From: Eubacteriales bacterium
GTDB taxonomy: Bacteria > Bacillota > Clostridia > Oscillospirales > CAG-272
Direction: 5' to 3'
Length of the DNA: 64,000 bases
Assembly: GCA_045122255.1 (NCBI GenBank)
Contig: JBGVHJ010000014.1
Span: forward strand, 36,719 to 100,718
In this document: piece by piece, positions 29,277 to 38,991 of the stretch
Position numbering within the stretch: the first letter of the stretch is position 1
How the letters are laid out: the number at the start of each line of letters is the position of its first letter
Made by a program: the position numbers and the translations under genes
Notes under the pieces: generated by a model
Seen by the model: the letters and a program-made list of their open reading frames with translations, nothing else
The model's database searches: none
What the model was told of the DNA's origin: nothing

Positions 29277-29980
29277 GACCGGGTGAGAAAAAGCTCTCTC
29301 TGCCAATGCTTGAAACTCCCGAAACCGTAAGAATTAAATTTTGCAAGGTCGGAAATCTTCAGTTTATTTCCCATCTTGATCTTCAGAGGACTTTCCACAG
29401 AGTGCTTGTAAGATCAAACATACCGATGTGGTATACGAAGGGCTTTAATCCTCATGCAAAGCTTGTTTTCGGCGTTCCCCTGTCGGTTGGAACCGAAAGT
29501 ATGTGCGAAATGGCTGATCTCAGGATCGAAAGAAAAATAAGCCTTGAGGCGATCAAAAATCAGCTTAACGAGCAGCTTACAGACGAGATGTATATACTTG
29601 AAGCCTACTATCCTACCACAAAATTCGCGGACATTGCATACGCGGATTACACGATAACTCTCAGCTCATCGGAGATTGACGAAAGCACAGAGAAAAAAGT
29701 AGTCGACCTTCTGGCTTCGCCTGTAATGATGGTAAAAAAATCAAAGTCGGGTGAAAAAGAGGTAGATATTACGGCTTTCATCAAGAAGATAGCAATTACT
29801 TCAAAAAATGGAGAAATGAAGATAAATGCTATTCTATCCGCGGGTAGTACAGAGAATCTTAATTCCGAGTATATTGTTACTGCATTAAAAAATGCCGGAC
29901 TTTTTGGCTCAGATCCGGACAGTAGCTACAGAATAATGAGAAATAAGGTTTACGATAAATTTTTAATCGAATTTAAGTGA
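29255..29980 (+). CDS. TIGR03936 radical SAM-associated protein
   Basis: FISHLDLQR, KGFNPH and PLSVGTES motifs; GGAGG before the GTG. Confidence 0.9.
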   Translation: MLSEKEIRPGEKKLSLPMLETPETVRIKFCKVGNLQFISHLDLQRTFHRVLVRSNIPMWYTKGFNPHAKLVFGVPLSVGTESMCEMADLRIERKISLEAIKNQLNEQLTDEMYILEAYYPTTKFADIAYADYTITLSSSEIDESTEKKVVDLLASPVMMVKKSKSGEKEVDITAFIKKIAITSKNGEMKINAILSAGSTENLNSEYIVTALKNAGLFGSDPDSSYRIMRNKVYDKFLIEFK

Positions 29981-30130
29981 TTTTTATTGTCATTATTACA
30001 CAATTTCAGCACTAATATATGTTCAAATGAACGAAAATTGTTTTTTGTAATAAAAACATTTGCTTTTTGCTAAAAAATATGATAAAATATAATTAATAAC
30101 GGGAATACCGTATAATGGAGGAATTTAAAC

Positions 30131-30553
30131 ATGGCAATCAAAATGAGAGTTCTCTGCTATCCTGAGAACAAGAAAAAGCTTACCGCAATCGGCAATATGA
30201 TCAAGGCTGAATACGACCTCAGCGTTAACGCTGTTGACCGCATCCCTTCCGCATATCCTTGCGACAGAGAGCGTATTGTAATTCTTGCTACCAGCGTTAA
30301 GGGCAAGCTCCCCGATGATTACAGACTTTACGTAAGAGAGCTTACCAAGGCAAGAGCGCAGAACGTTGCAATTCTCGCTGCGGGCGACGACGAGTGCGTT
30401 GAAAAGACCAAGGAGCTTCTCCGTGAGGCAGGCACTAACGTAATCGAAGACGTTATGAAGATCAAGATCGGTCTCTTCGATTCCAAGGTAAGTGATGCCG
30501 AGAAGGCAGATATCCTTGCTTGGGTTGAAAAGGTCAAGGCTGAGCTTAAGTAA
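30131..30553 (+). CDS. Flavodoxin-like fold hypothetical protein
   Basis: GGAGG RBS; alpha/beta pattern; no canonical FMN loop. Confidence 0.6.
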   Translation: MAIKMRVLCYPENKKKLTAIGNMIKAEYDLSVNAVDRIPSAYPCDRERIVILATSVKGKLPDDYRLYVRELTKARAQNVAILAAGDDECVEKTKELLREAGTNVIEDVMKIKIGLFDSKVSDAEKADILAWVEKVKAELK

Positions 30554-30565
30554 TTCAATACATAC

Positions 30566-30605
30566 AAAAATCCGACGGATCGAGATTTGATCCGTCGGAT
30601 TTTTT
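30566..30605. terminator. Bidirectional terminator
   Basis: AAAAATCCGACGGATC/GATCCGTCGGATTTTT. Confidence 0.85.
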
Positions 30606-30606
30606 G

Positions 30607-31473
30607 TTATTGAATTTCAATGAGCTCGTATTCTTTAGAGCCGATTCCCAGCTCTGCGGCGGCGTCAATTGTGTGTCTTCCGTTTCTACTCTCAATTCTC
30701 TCAACGAGATGATCGCGACCTCTGTCAGTAGAATTATAAACCAGATCAATGCATGCCTGGTCGATCGCTACGGGGTCAAGAGAAACCAGTATTCCAATAT
30801 CCTTCATGCAGGGATCCTCAGCAACCGCACAGCAATCGCAGTCAACGGACATATTCATCATAATATTAACGTAGACGATATTACCGTTAAAATATTCAAC
30901 GACGCTTGATGCAGCATCTGCCATTGACTCAAGGAAGGAATCGTGATCACCGTTCCAAAAATCCACTGTGTCGCCAACACCGTGAATATATTTCTTTCCG
31001 TATGCGGATGCAACACCGATTGAAAGCTGCTTCAATGCTCCGCCAAATCCACCCATAGGATGTCCCTTAAAGTGAGACAGTACCAGCATCGAGTCGTAAT
31101 TTACGATGTTTTTGCCGACGTAGTTTTTCTTGATCTTCTTTCCGTTTGGAATGTCGAGAACGAGATCAGGACCTTCACCGTCGAGCAGGTCAACGCTGAA
31201 ATGCTCACTCCAACCGTGATTGCGGAGGGTTTCAAGGTGAAGCTTTGTGATATGTCTCGTACCTTTATATGCGGTATTACATTCAACTACGGTACCGCCG
31301 ACGTGGTCAATAACAGGCTTCCACATTTCGGGCTTTATAAAGTTCTGATTACCTGTCTCACCGGAATGAACCTTTACGGCAACCTTACCTGAAAGCTCCT
31401 TGCCTGCAAGCTTGTACATTTCGAGAACCTTTGCGGCATTTATTTCGCTTGAAAAATAAACCTTTGATTTCAT
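30607..31473 (-). CDS. DUF362 Fe-S center protein
   Basis: KVHSGE, SHFKGH, GGALKQL, DCDC and DPVAIDQAC motifs. Confidence 0.9.
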   Translation of the reverse strand: MKSKVYFSSEINAAKVLEMYKLAGKELSGKVAVKVHSGETGNQNFIKPEMWKPVIDHVGGTVVECNTAYKGTRHITKLHLETLRNHGWSEHFSVDLLDGEGPDLVLDIPNGKKIKKNYVGKNIVNYDSMLVLSHFKGHPMGGFGGALKQLSIGVASAYGKKYIHGVGDTVDFWNGDHDSFLESMADAASSVVEYFNGNIVYVNIMMNMSVDCDCCAVAEDPCMKDIGILVSLDPVAIDQACIDLVYNSTDRGRDHLVERIESRNGRHTIDAAAELGIGSKEYELIEIQ

Positions 31474-31478
31474 CTGTA

Positions 31479-32060
31479 TTAAAACTCCTTGGGAGAAATA
31501 TAAGCAGTCTTGTCCTTGACGTAGCTTTCGTAATTTTCGATAATGATAGCAACGATCTCATCGGGAGTGCGGGAAGTGGTATCTACTATAAGATCAAAAT
31601 TGTTGTGGTCAAAATAGTCAACACCGTATATCTGAATAAATCTTTCGCGCTCAACACTGCCTCTCTTGAGAAGACCTTCGCAGGCATCCTCGACAGTTTC
31701 ATAGTGCTCCTCAGCGCCTCTCTGATTCTTCATAACTCTGGTCGCAGCTTCCATAGGATCGATCGTGAGGAAGATCTTGAATGTGTCCTTTGCAAAATGC
31801 CAAGCCATTCTTGAGTCAAATATCAGCTTCTCGTCCTTCTTTTCAATAGAGAGCTTTGTTACTGTGCCGTCGATCTCTTTGTCGAGCGCCGGATCTTCCT
31901 TGAGTCTTTCATTAAGCTCAAGAGTAGAGATGCCGAGTCTTCTTGCGAACTCACGGTTTATAGTTCCGGTGCTATATATTTCGTAGCCGTATCTTTCTTT
32001 TAAAATGTTGCAGATAGTTGATTTTCCGCTGCCAAGCTTTCCTGTAATTGAAATAAGCAT
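31479..32060 (-). CDS. Cytidylate kinase-like (archaeal-type Cmk)
   Basis: ISITGKLGSGKST, STG, DSRMAW and DLIVDT motifs. Confidence 0.85.
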   Translation of the reverse strand: MLISITGKLGSGKSTICNILKERYGYEIYSTGTINREFARRLGISTLELNERLKEDPALDKEIDGTVTKLSIEKKDEKLIFDSRMAWHFAKDTFKIFLTIDPMEAATRVMKNQRGAEEHYETVEDACEGLLKRGSVERERFIQIYGVDYFDHNNFDLIVDTTSRTPDEIVAIIIENYESYVKDKTAYISPKEF

Positions 32061-32090
32061 AATTTTAATTCCTCTCTTATCTTAAACAAG

Positions 32091-32120
32091 AAACCTACCT
32101 TTCTGTAAAAAGGTAGGTTT
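32091..32120 (-). terminator. Terminator hairpin
   Basis: AAACCTACCTTTT/AAAAGGTAGGTTT. Confidence 0.7.
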
Positions 32121-32131
32121 AATTGTTAGAA

Positions 32132-32611
32132 TTACTTTGCCTTAACGAGAACAACAGTGAAGGAATCGCCGTCCTTAACAACGTATTCGCTCATTTTGCC
32201 GTCGATAAACTTCTTTTTCTGCTGGTTCTCATCCTTGAGAATAGCCTGAACGTCGTGACCGGTTCCCTTCATGAATGCCCAGTAGTCACCCTTAGCGGTG
32301 TTAGCTTTGTAACCACCGATAGAAACAAGAATGTTATTATTATCAACTGTGAACTTATAGTCCTCTTCAATAACAACGTAGTCGCTGATGATATTGAGGA
32401 TGGTAGGATCTTCGTGACCTCTGTAGTTATAATTTACCGCATCAAAAATAGTTTTACCGGTATTATCCTTGATCTGGAAAGAAACAGTCATATCGTAAAA
32501 AGGTCTCTCGGGAAGCTCGATACTTGCATAATCATCGGTATCGCATGCAACGAAAACGCATCCAAGTACAAGAAGTGCAAGCAAGAGAGATATAAGTCTA
32601 ATGGATTTCAT
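32132..32611 (-). CDS. Lipoprotein, DUF4430/transcobalamin-like beta-grasp
   Basis: Lipobox FVAC; ILVSIGG, YWAF and YVVKDGD motifs. Confidence 0.65.
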   Translation of the reverse strand: MKSIRLISLLLALLVLGCVFVACDTDDYASIELPERPFYDMTVSFQIKDNTGKTIFDAVNYNYRGHEDPTILNIISDYVVIEEDYKFTVDNNNILVSIGGYKANTAKGDYWAFMKGTGHDVQAILKDENQQKKKFIDGKMSEYVVKDGDSFTVVLVKAK

Positions 32612-32723
32612 TGAAACATCCTCCAAAATGTATTAATAACTATTATAAATTATACAACATTATTCTTTTTTTGTCAATAGTTATTTTTGTAAATATTTTG
32701 TTATTTGACAAGTTAATTGCGAG

Positions 32724-33227
32724 TTATATCTTTATTATTAAGCATATATTTACGAATGACACGTAGAGCATCCAGAGAGAGTACACTGATATTATAACGC
32801 TTGATAGCGGAGACGGCTTTGCCCAGAATACGGCGCAAGCGATCGCGCAAACAATAGCTAACAATGCGACCGCGAGAGATATGAGGAATCTTTCCGCTAC
32901 GAAGAAAAGCGGATAATGTAAATTGCTTAAAAAGATAAGCGCCACAAAACAAATCAGACCTCTGTAGGCTGAAATTTCGTTGTTCCCTACAATTTTTCCG
33001 CACCACATATTCCCTATCAGTATTCCTGCGGCATAGCCTGACAAAAAGCTGAATACAGCACTCGATATCCCCCACACCCATATTGGAGGAAGCGTGTTGC
33101 CGAGATCGACTTTATGAAGCATATCAAAGGGGCTTCCCGATATAAAAAATATCAATACGGTAATTGCGGCAGATGCAATTCCGCATATTAAAGAAATATT
33201 TGTGAAGAGTGATTTTTTTGTTGACAT
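32724..33227 (-). CDS. TspO/MBR-like membrane protein
   Basis: PPIWVWG, YPLFF and YSLWMLY...N motifs. Confidence 0.65.
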   Translation of the reverse strand: MSTKKSLFTNISLICGIASAAITVLIFFISGSPFDMLHKVDLGNTLPPIWVWGISSAVFSFLSGYAAGILIGNMWCGKIVGNNEISAYRGLICFVALIFLSNLHYPLFFVAERFLISLAVALLAIVCAIACAVFWAKPSPLSSVIISVYSLWMLYVSFVNICLIIKI

Positions 33228-33271
33228 TATGAAACCTCTAAAAAACTGTGTTGACCGATATCGATCAACAC

Positions 33272-33300
33272 AGTATATGATTCATCTGCTTTTTTTATGA
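33272..33300 (-). promoter_or_regulatory. Candidate sigma-E promoter of the TspO-like gene
   Basis: Minus strand TCATAAA-N14-CATATACT; overlaps the hairpin at 33245-33274. Confidence 0.5.
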
Positions 33301-35322
33301 GACCTTGAACCAACCTTCTTGCTTCGATTGCTCTTGACTGTTTTCGGACTCAATGGAATATGCTGAATCATATGTCAGCTTCTGTACCGTATCGGGCACT
33401 GAAAAATGCGTCTTGCGCCCGTACTCGGTTTTGGCATATATTTCGCTCATTACTTCATCCCAAATATACACTGAAAGATTTCCTCCAAACACCTCAAGAC
33501 TCTTGGGGTATTCGTATCCGAACCAAACACCGCCCAAAATTTCCGGAGTGTATCCAACGAAATATCGGTCAAAGCTATTTCCCGAAGTGCCCGATTTTCC
33601 CGCGACATCAATTTTCTTATCAAGCTTTATCTTCCCCGCCGCAGTACCGGTGTCAACTACCGTTTCAAGTAATTTAGTCATTATAGCGGCGGTTTCGCGC
33701 GAAATAACAGCTTTTTGCTCAGAAGCGTTATCTATTATTATAACGCCATTTTTATCCGTTACTCGATAAAAGGATCTTGGTTTGCTCATTATACCATCTT
33801 GATAAATCGAGTAAGCGGCTGTAAGCTCCTTGAGCGTTATTCCGTAAGCGGGCTGACCAAGAGCCAGAGCTGCGTCACCTTTATCGCGCTTTTTGTCGAG
33901 GCTTTTGATCCCAAGGCTTTCGGTTAAAAAATCTATAGACTCGTTTGCTCCTATTTGTTGCAAAATTTTTACTGCAACCGTGTTGAGTGAGTGCTCTATT
34001 GCATATTTAACGTCGACGTTGCCCACATACCTTCGGTCAACGTTAAGAGGCCACGGAGATTGACCGTTTTCGCCATTTATTACGGGCGAATCCTCGATCA
34101 CGGTTGACCAATTTATAATTCCTTTTTCAATAGCGGGTGTATAGACCGAGAGCGGTTTTATTGCAGAGCCGGGAGGGCGTTTGGTATCGGTGGCAAAATT
34201 GATTACTCTGTTTCCCTTCTTTTCTCCGATCGCACCGACCGTTCCGAGAATATCTCCTGTATAAGGATCTATTATTATCATTGCGGATTGCGCCGTGTCT
34301 CCGTTTTCGTCGATGGGAAAATTATATACGTTTGAATAATATTTTTCCATAATATCTTGTATTTGTGGATCCATTGCGGTGTATATCCTATATCCGCCTT
34401 TGTATAGCATAAATGAAGCCGCGCTCGGTGATATTTGATACTTTTTACAAAGCTCATTGATCACGTCCTGGCACACCGTATCGATGTACCAGGAATTAAC
34501 TTTACTGTTTCCCGGTTGTACTTTAAGCCTTATTGGTTCGGAAATTGCTTGGTAACACTCTTTCTCAGAGATCATGTTTTGCTGAAGCATACACTGAAGA
34601 ACAATATCCCGCCTTTTTTTATTTTCTTCGGGATGTGTTCGCGGATTGTATTTTGAAGGATTGTTTGTAATAGCGGCAATAGTGGCACATTCGGAAAGCG
34701 TAAGCTGATCAAGCTCCTTGGAATAGAAATGCTCAGCCGCCGCCTTTACTCCTCTGCAACCGTCGGATAGATTTATAATGTTCATATACGTTTCGAGAAT
34801 TTCGGTTTTGTCGTACTCCTTCTCGAGATTGATTGCGAAAAATGCCTCGTTCAGCTTTCTGTTTACAGTAGGTTCATCGTGTCCCGTAAGGTTCTTTACC
34901 AATTGTTGAGTGATAGTGGAGCCTCCGAAACGCGGTCTGCCAAGTAAATAGTTTAATATTGCCTTACAGCTTCTCATAACATCTATGCCATTATGCTTAT
35001 AAAACCGTTTATCTTCAATGGCAACAAAGGCATTTTTCAAATTTTGAGGTATATCGTCAAAGGAGGCGTATTCGTATTTTATGCCGTTGTCAAGGATGGC
35101 GTCGTTTAACAGTTTAGGCTCTCCGCGTCTCTTATATCTATCCGAAAAATCATAATAATAAAATTCGGTTTTCTCCATGTTACCGTCAATGTTCATCAGC
35201 TCGTCTGCTATGCGATTCTTTGAATAACTTTTTAAAATCAAACCGCAAATAACAATTCCTATACAAGATAGCACAGACATAGTGATAAGTGAAAGCAGAA
35301 CCGCTTTTTTTAGTTTCAACAT
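33295..35322 (-). CDS. Class A penicillin-binding protein (PBP1A family)
   Basis: EDKRFYKHNG, GGSTITQQLVKN, SAIK, SLN and KSGT motifs. Confidence 0.93.
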   Translation of the reverse strand: MLKLKKAVLLSLITMSVLSCIGIVICGLILKSYSKNRIADELMNIDGNMEKTEFYYYDFSDRYKRRGEPKLLNDAILDNGIKYEYASFDDIPQNLKNAFVAIEDKRFYKHNGIDVMRSCKAILNYLLGRPRFGGSTITQQLVKNLTGHDEPTVNRKLNEAFFAINLEKEYDKTEILETYMNIINLSDGCRGVKAAAEHFYSKELDQLTLSECATIAAITNNPSKYNPRTHPEENKKRRDIVLQCMLQQNMISEKECYQAISEPIRLKVQPGNSKVNSWYIDTVCQDVINELCKKYQISPSAASFMLYKGGYRIYTAMDPQIQDIMEKYYSNVYNFPIDENGDTAQSAMIIIDPYTGDILGTVGAIGEKKGNRVINFATDTKRPPGSAIKPLSVYTPAIEKGIINWSTVIEDSPVINGENGQSPWPLNVDRRYVGNVDVKYAIEHSLNTVAVKILQQIGANESIDFLTESLGIKSLDKKRDKGDAALALGQPAYGITLKELTAAYSIYQDGIMSKPRSFYRVTDKNGVIIIDNASEQKAVISRETAAIMTKLLETVVDTGTAAGKIKLDKKIDVAGKSGTSGNSFDRYFVGYTPEILGGVWFGYEYPKSLEVFGGNLSVYIWDEVMSEIYAKTEYGRKTHFSVPDTVQKLTYDSAYSIESENSQEQSKQEGWFKVS

Positions 35323-35442
35323 TTTTTGACCGCCTTATTTGCATTTCAAATATAGTTTTCCTCAAATCAATGAATATATCAGAGCTTTAGCAAAAAAACA
35401 ATTAACAAAAATGGCATTGTCGGAGGGTCAAAAAAAACGGGA

Positions 35443-36240
35443 TCATTGCGATCCCGTTATTTTTATTTCAAGTATTTCACACGGATTAAAAAATCTTGGT
35501 ATAATTCGTGTGTTATTGACGGCTCCCCTGCTTATAATGTGCCTGCCGTCGTGTATTCCCGATGTAAACTTTGGGAAAAGCCCTTGATGCGGTGCATATA
35601 CGCCTCTACCAAATATTCTCCACTGTCCTCCGTGTGCGTGACCCGAAAGAACCAGATCCACAGGCGTGTTTTTTAAATATTTTTCAAAATAATGCGGATA
35701 GTGGCAAAGCAATATCTTGTATCCGTCTTTCTCGGCAAATTTTTTTAGAAAATCAAGATCGGGCTCGGGATAATTGAGCGCAGGGTCCATATCTCTTCCG
35801 CATACAAGTCCTCCGACATTTATGCTGATTTTATTATCCTCGGCATCTGTTATCTCTACAAGCTCGTCGCAATCGTTAATTATATGGATTCCAAAAGACA
35901 TTATTGTGTTCAGATATTTTTCTCCAAGCTCTTTGTCGGGAGTCTTTGAATGCTTTCCCATTGCGTGCGAGAAATAAATTTCGTGATTACCGTAGCAGTA
36001 ATATGTCGGAGCTATTTTGGCGGCTTTTTCCAGAAATTCGAGTCCGTTTTGATTTCGCTTGTCCATATATTCTGCCGCAATCTCCACAATATCACCCGGA
36101 AGAAGAATTGCATCGGGAGCTATTGATCTTAATGCTTCCAGAACCTTGCCGTGCGGTCTTGCGTGAAGGTCTGACACCACGGCAAAGGTAACGGTACCAG
36201 AGAAGAGTTCCGTATTAACGGAATATTTATTTATTTTCAT
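35443..36240 (-). CDS. Metallophosphoesterase (YkuE-like)
   Basis: SDLH, GD, GNHE and SGHAHGGQ motifs. Confidence 0.9.
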   Translation of the reverse strand: MKINKYSVNTELFSGTVTFAVVSDLHARPHGKVLEALRSIAPDAILLPGDIVEIAAEYMDKRNQNGLEFLEKAAKIAPTYYCYGNHEIYFSHAMGKHSKTPDKELGEKYLNTIMSFGIHIINDCDELVEITDAEDNKISINVGGLVCGRDMDPALNYPEPDLDFLKKFAEKDGYKILLCHYPHYFEKYLKNTPVDLVLSGHAHGGQWRIFGRGVYAPHQGLFPKFTSGIHDGRHIISRGAVNNTRIIPRFFNPCEILEIKITGSQ

Positions 36241-36256
36241 AGATTATCTCCTTTGA

Positions 36257-38608
36257 TTATTCCTCCAGCTTAAAAACACATCTGTCATCTACAATATAAT
36301 ATTCTGCCGGTATATCCTTGTTTTTCACGTAATACGCGGCTCTTGTTTTGTCGCTGAAAGCAACGATTTCGGCAACTTTATTGTCCGGTAAGCTGTAAAA
36401 TGACTTTGTTTTGGGACCGCTGTTGCCCAAAACAATAAATTCTGATTTGTCTAAAAGACTATTTATCCTCTGCACCGTATTTTTCGAGCATTCATTGAAA
36501 GCCGGAGACAGATAGGTAAGGGCATCTTTCCTTGTTTTTATCTGTAACACAACGATCTCTTGGACAGAGCGGTCAATGTTATAGCATTCGGGCACGATGC
36601 TTGTGAATTCAAATACCTTTAGTGAGTCGCCGTATTCATATACGTATGTATCGACTTCATGCATATCTGCAATCTCTTTTATGGGGTACATAAGATAAAA
36701 CTCTTCCTCGTTTCTTGGGCGAGGCAACCATACCTGTCGCACCTTTTGTGATGAGAATAAAGCGTAGAGTGTGGCAGAATGTGCTCTTGTGTATTTTGTC
36801 AAAACTAAAGCCTGTATTTCGGTTGCTCTTCCGTCATAAACAGATTTTAAAGCTTTATTGTAAGAGCTTACGCTTCCGTTTCCTATATCGCATATAACGG
36901 CATCCCCACTGTTGTTTGAGAGTACGATCATATCGGAGGTGGACGAGGTGTTTACGTACGCTACCTTCACTCCGTCGTCTAAAGCATTATATACAAATAT
37001 TGAAGATACAAAAACAAGGATCGCAATTCCGTATGGTATAAGTGAGATGAAAAGATTTCGGCATTTTATAATAAGCGATATTAAAAGCGTGGCGGTGATA
37101 AGTATGCCTGCAACGGTTGCAAAAGGATAGTTTAAGGAGGTCAGCGCACCTTCAACGTCTGAGATCTCTGCGCATACGTTGATCATGAAATGCGAAAGCA
37201 TGAACAAGATCCTGCCTAAAATAACAGACATGATCGGTGTTTTGAAAAAAAGAAGGAATAAAAGCGAGAAAAGAATTATTCCTGCGGTCGGAAGCTCAAG
37301 CACTATAGATGACAATATAGAGAAAAAAGAATATTGCTTGATAAATATGCATAGAACTATTATGAGCGGGACTGTTGCAAATAACGTAGTTGCGATCAGC
37401 GATAGTAATTTACAAATGAATTTTTTGATCGGATTTGCAATATTGTAAGGCTCTAATACAGTGGTTATGTATTGAGAGAACGGTTTAGTGTATGCCAGTA
37501 TACCGAGTGTAGCGGCAAATGACATCCAGAATCCTGCATCTATCACGGTTCCCGGCATGATAAATATAAGTATCACTCCCGACAGTGAAAGAGACGTCAA
37601 GGGATCAGGAAGCTTTTTTGACAGCCAGGCAAGATATACAAATAATATCATAATGACAGATCTGGCGGCGGAAATCTGCATTCCCGTTAAAAACAAATAG
37701 AAAATTGCGCATACCGAAAGAATTATTGCTATCAGATGTCTTTTGACTGAAAAACGCTTGAGCAAAAACAGCAGAAATCCCATAAGAATGCTCATGTGCA
37801 TTCCGCTTAAAGCCAAAATGTGTGAGGCTCCGGCTCTGGTAAAGTCGCGTTTTATGGTATTCGCTAAAACTTTTTTGTTGCCAAGCAGTATAGCTGAGGA
37901 CATATTAGCGGTGTCCTCTTCAAGATTTGAATAGAAGATATTTGAAACCTCTGCATTCAAATCGGCAAAAAATATCTGTGGGAGAAAAACGTCTTCTTCG
38001 GTAATTTCCACTGCAAACTCATCTTCTGAAACGTAATTGATGAAGATTCCATCGGAATGCATAGCGTTTTTCTCATTATATCCGTTCAGGTCATCAGTGA
38101 AATCTTCTGCGCCTACGGTTGCTTTGAATTTGAATCCGCTTTCCAGCACTGAATTGTACTTGCAATCAAGAGTGGCGCTGTGAAGAGTGGGTTCGCCGTT
38201 TATCTCTGTAACCAGCACGTTGTATCCGGTTAAATTAGAGTCGCGGTATCTTGTCGAAACCACGATTGCCTCTATGCTGCATTCCGTTCCGTAATATTTT
38301 TCGAATGATTTAGCGTTAACGTCGAAGAATACGTATGAGGATATAAGGGAGGCTATTATCATTGTGGAAGAAAGCGAAATACAAAGCATCGAATATGCAG
38401 ATATCCTCTTTAAAAGTACGTATATCAGAGCGGTTATTATCAGGATGGAGGTAGTTATTAAAATGACCGTAAATTTGTAGCTTGGAAGGAGAAAAAATCC
38501 AACTATTGAAAAAAGCATTGAAATTAAACAGGCTGTGAACAACGGTCTTTTCTCAAATATGTTTATAACGTACACCTCCCTTTGAATATTTTTGCTTAAA
38601 ATGACCAA
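36257..38608 (-). CDS. comEC: ComEC/Rec2 competence protein (start uncertain, possibly 38566)
   Basis: HILALSGMH, RSVIM and GFWMSF motifs; degenerate C-terminal MBL-like domain. Confidence 0.85.
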   Translation of the reverse strand: MVILSKNIQREVYVINIFEKRPLFTACLISMLFSIVGFFLLPSYKFTVILITTSILIITALIYVLLKRISAYSMLCISLSSTMIIASLISSYVFFDVNAKSFEKYYGTECSIEAIVVSTRYRDSNLTGYNVLVTEINGEPTLHSATLDCKYNSVLESGFKFKATVGAEDFTDDLNGYNEKNAMHSDGIFINYVSEDEFAVEITEEDVFLPQIFFADLNAEVSNIFYSNLEEDTANMSSAILLGNKKVLANTIKRDFTRAGASHILALSGMHMSILMGFLLFLLKRFSVKRHLIAIILSVCAIFYLFLTGMQISAARSVIMILFVYLAWLSKKLPDPLTSLSLSGVILIFIMPGTVIDAGFWMSFAATLGILAYTKPFSQYITTVLEPYNIANPIKKFICKLLSLIATTLFATVPLIIVLCIFIKQYSFFSILSSIVLELPTAGIILFSLLFLLFFKTPIMSVILGRILFMLSHFMINVCAEISDVEGALTSLNYPFATVAGILITATLLISLIIKCRNLFISLIPYGIAILVFVSSIFVYNALDDGVKVAYVNTSSTSDMIVLSNNSGDAVICDIGNGSVSSYNKALKSVYDGRATEIQALVLTKYTRAHSATLYALFSSQKVRQVWLPRPRNEEEFYLMYPIKEIADMHEVDTYVYEYGDSLKVFEFTSIVPECYNIDRSVQEIVVLQIKTRKDALTYLSPAFNECSKNTVQRINSLLDKSEFIVLGNSGPKTKSFYSLPDNKVAEIVAFSDKTRAAYYVKNKDIPAEYYIVDDRCVFKLEE

Positions 38609-38704
38609 AAAACAACTTTTTTAAAAAATTGCTTGACAAATCGAAAAAAAACATATATAATATATTAAAATATGTCGTTTTACGACGGAATGGAGAATTT
38701 TGAT

Positions 38705-38929
38705 ATGTTCGAAACACTCAAGAAGATACTTGTTGAGGAGCTTCAGGTTAAGGAAGAGGTAATTACTCTCGACGCTGAGCTTTCAAGTGATCTGGGTATT
38801 AATTCTATCGAGCTTGCTGACTTGGTAATGCTTTGCGAAGAAAAGTTCGGCCTTTCTATCGAGGACGAGGATCTTCACAGCTTTATTACCGTTGGCGACG
38901 TAGTAAACTACCTCGAGTCCCACGCATAA
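38705..38929 (+). CDS. acpP: Acyl carrier protein
   Basis: DLGINSIE, EEKFG and TVGDVVNY motifs; GGAG RBS. Confidence 0.88.
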   Translation: MFETLKKILVEELQVKEEVITLDAELSSDLGINSIELADLVMLCEEKFGLSIEDEDLHSFITVGDVVNYLESHA

Positions 38930-38953
38930 TTTCTTGAATTTTATTTAACAACG

Positions 38954-38986
38954 TCCGCATCTTTAAAAGATGCGGATTTTGTTTTT
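38954..38986. terminator. Terminator
   Basis: TCCGCATCTTT/AAAGATGCGGA followed by a T-tract. Confidence 0.8.
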
Positions 38987-38991
38987 TGTCA

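Noticed and set aside
27474-29306. 610-aa antisense ORF
   Set aside because: Mirror frame of the radical SAM gene caused by codon bias; no motifs. The same applies to other long antisense ORFs over htpG, pgm, dnaE and the M18 peptidase
38705-38929. ACP motif GINS instead of GxDS as a sign of inactivity
   Set aside because: The attachment serine is intact and such variation is unremarkable
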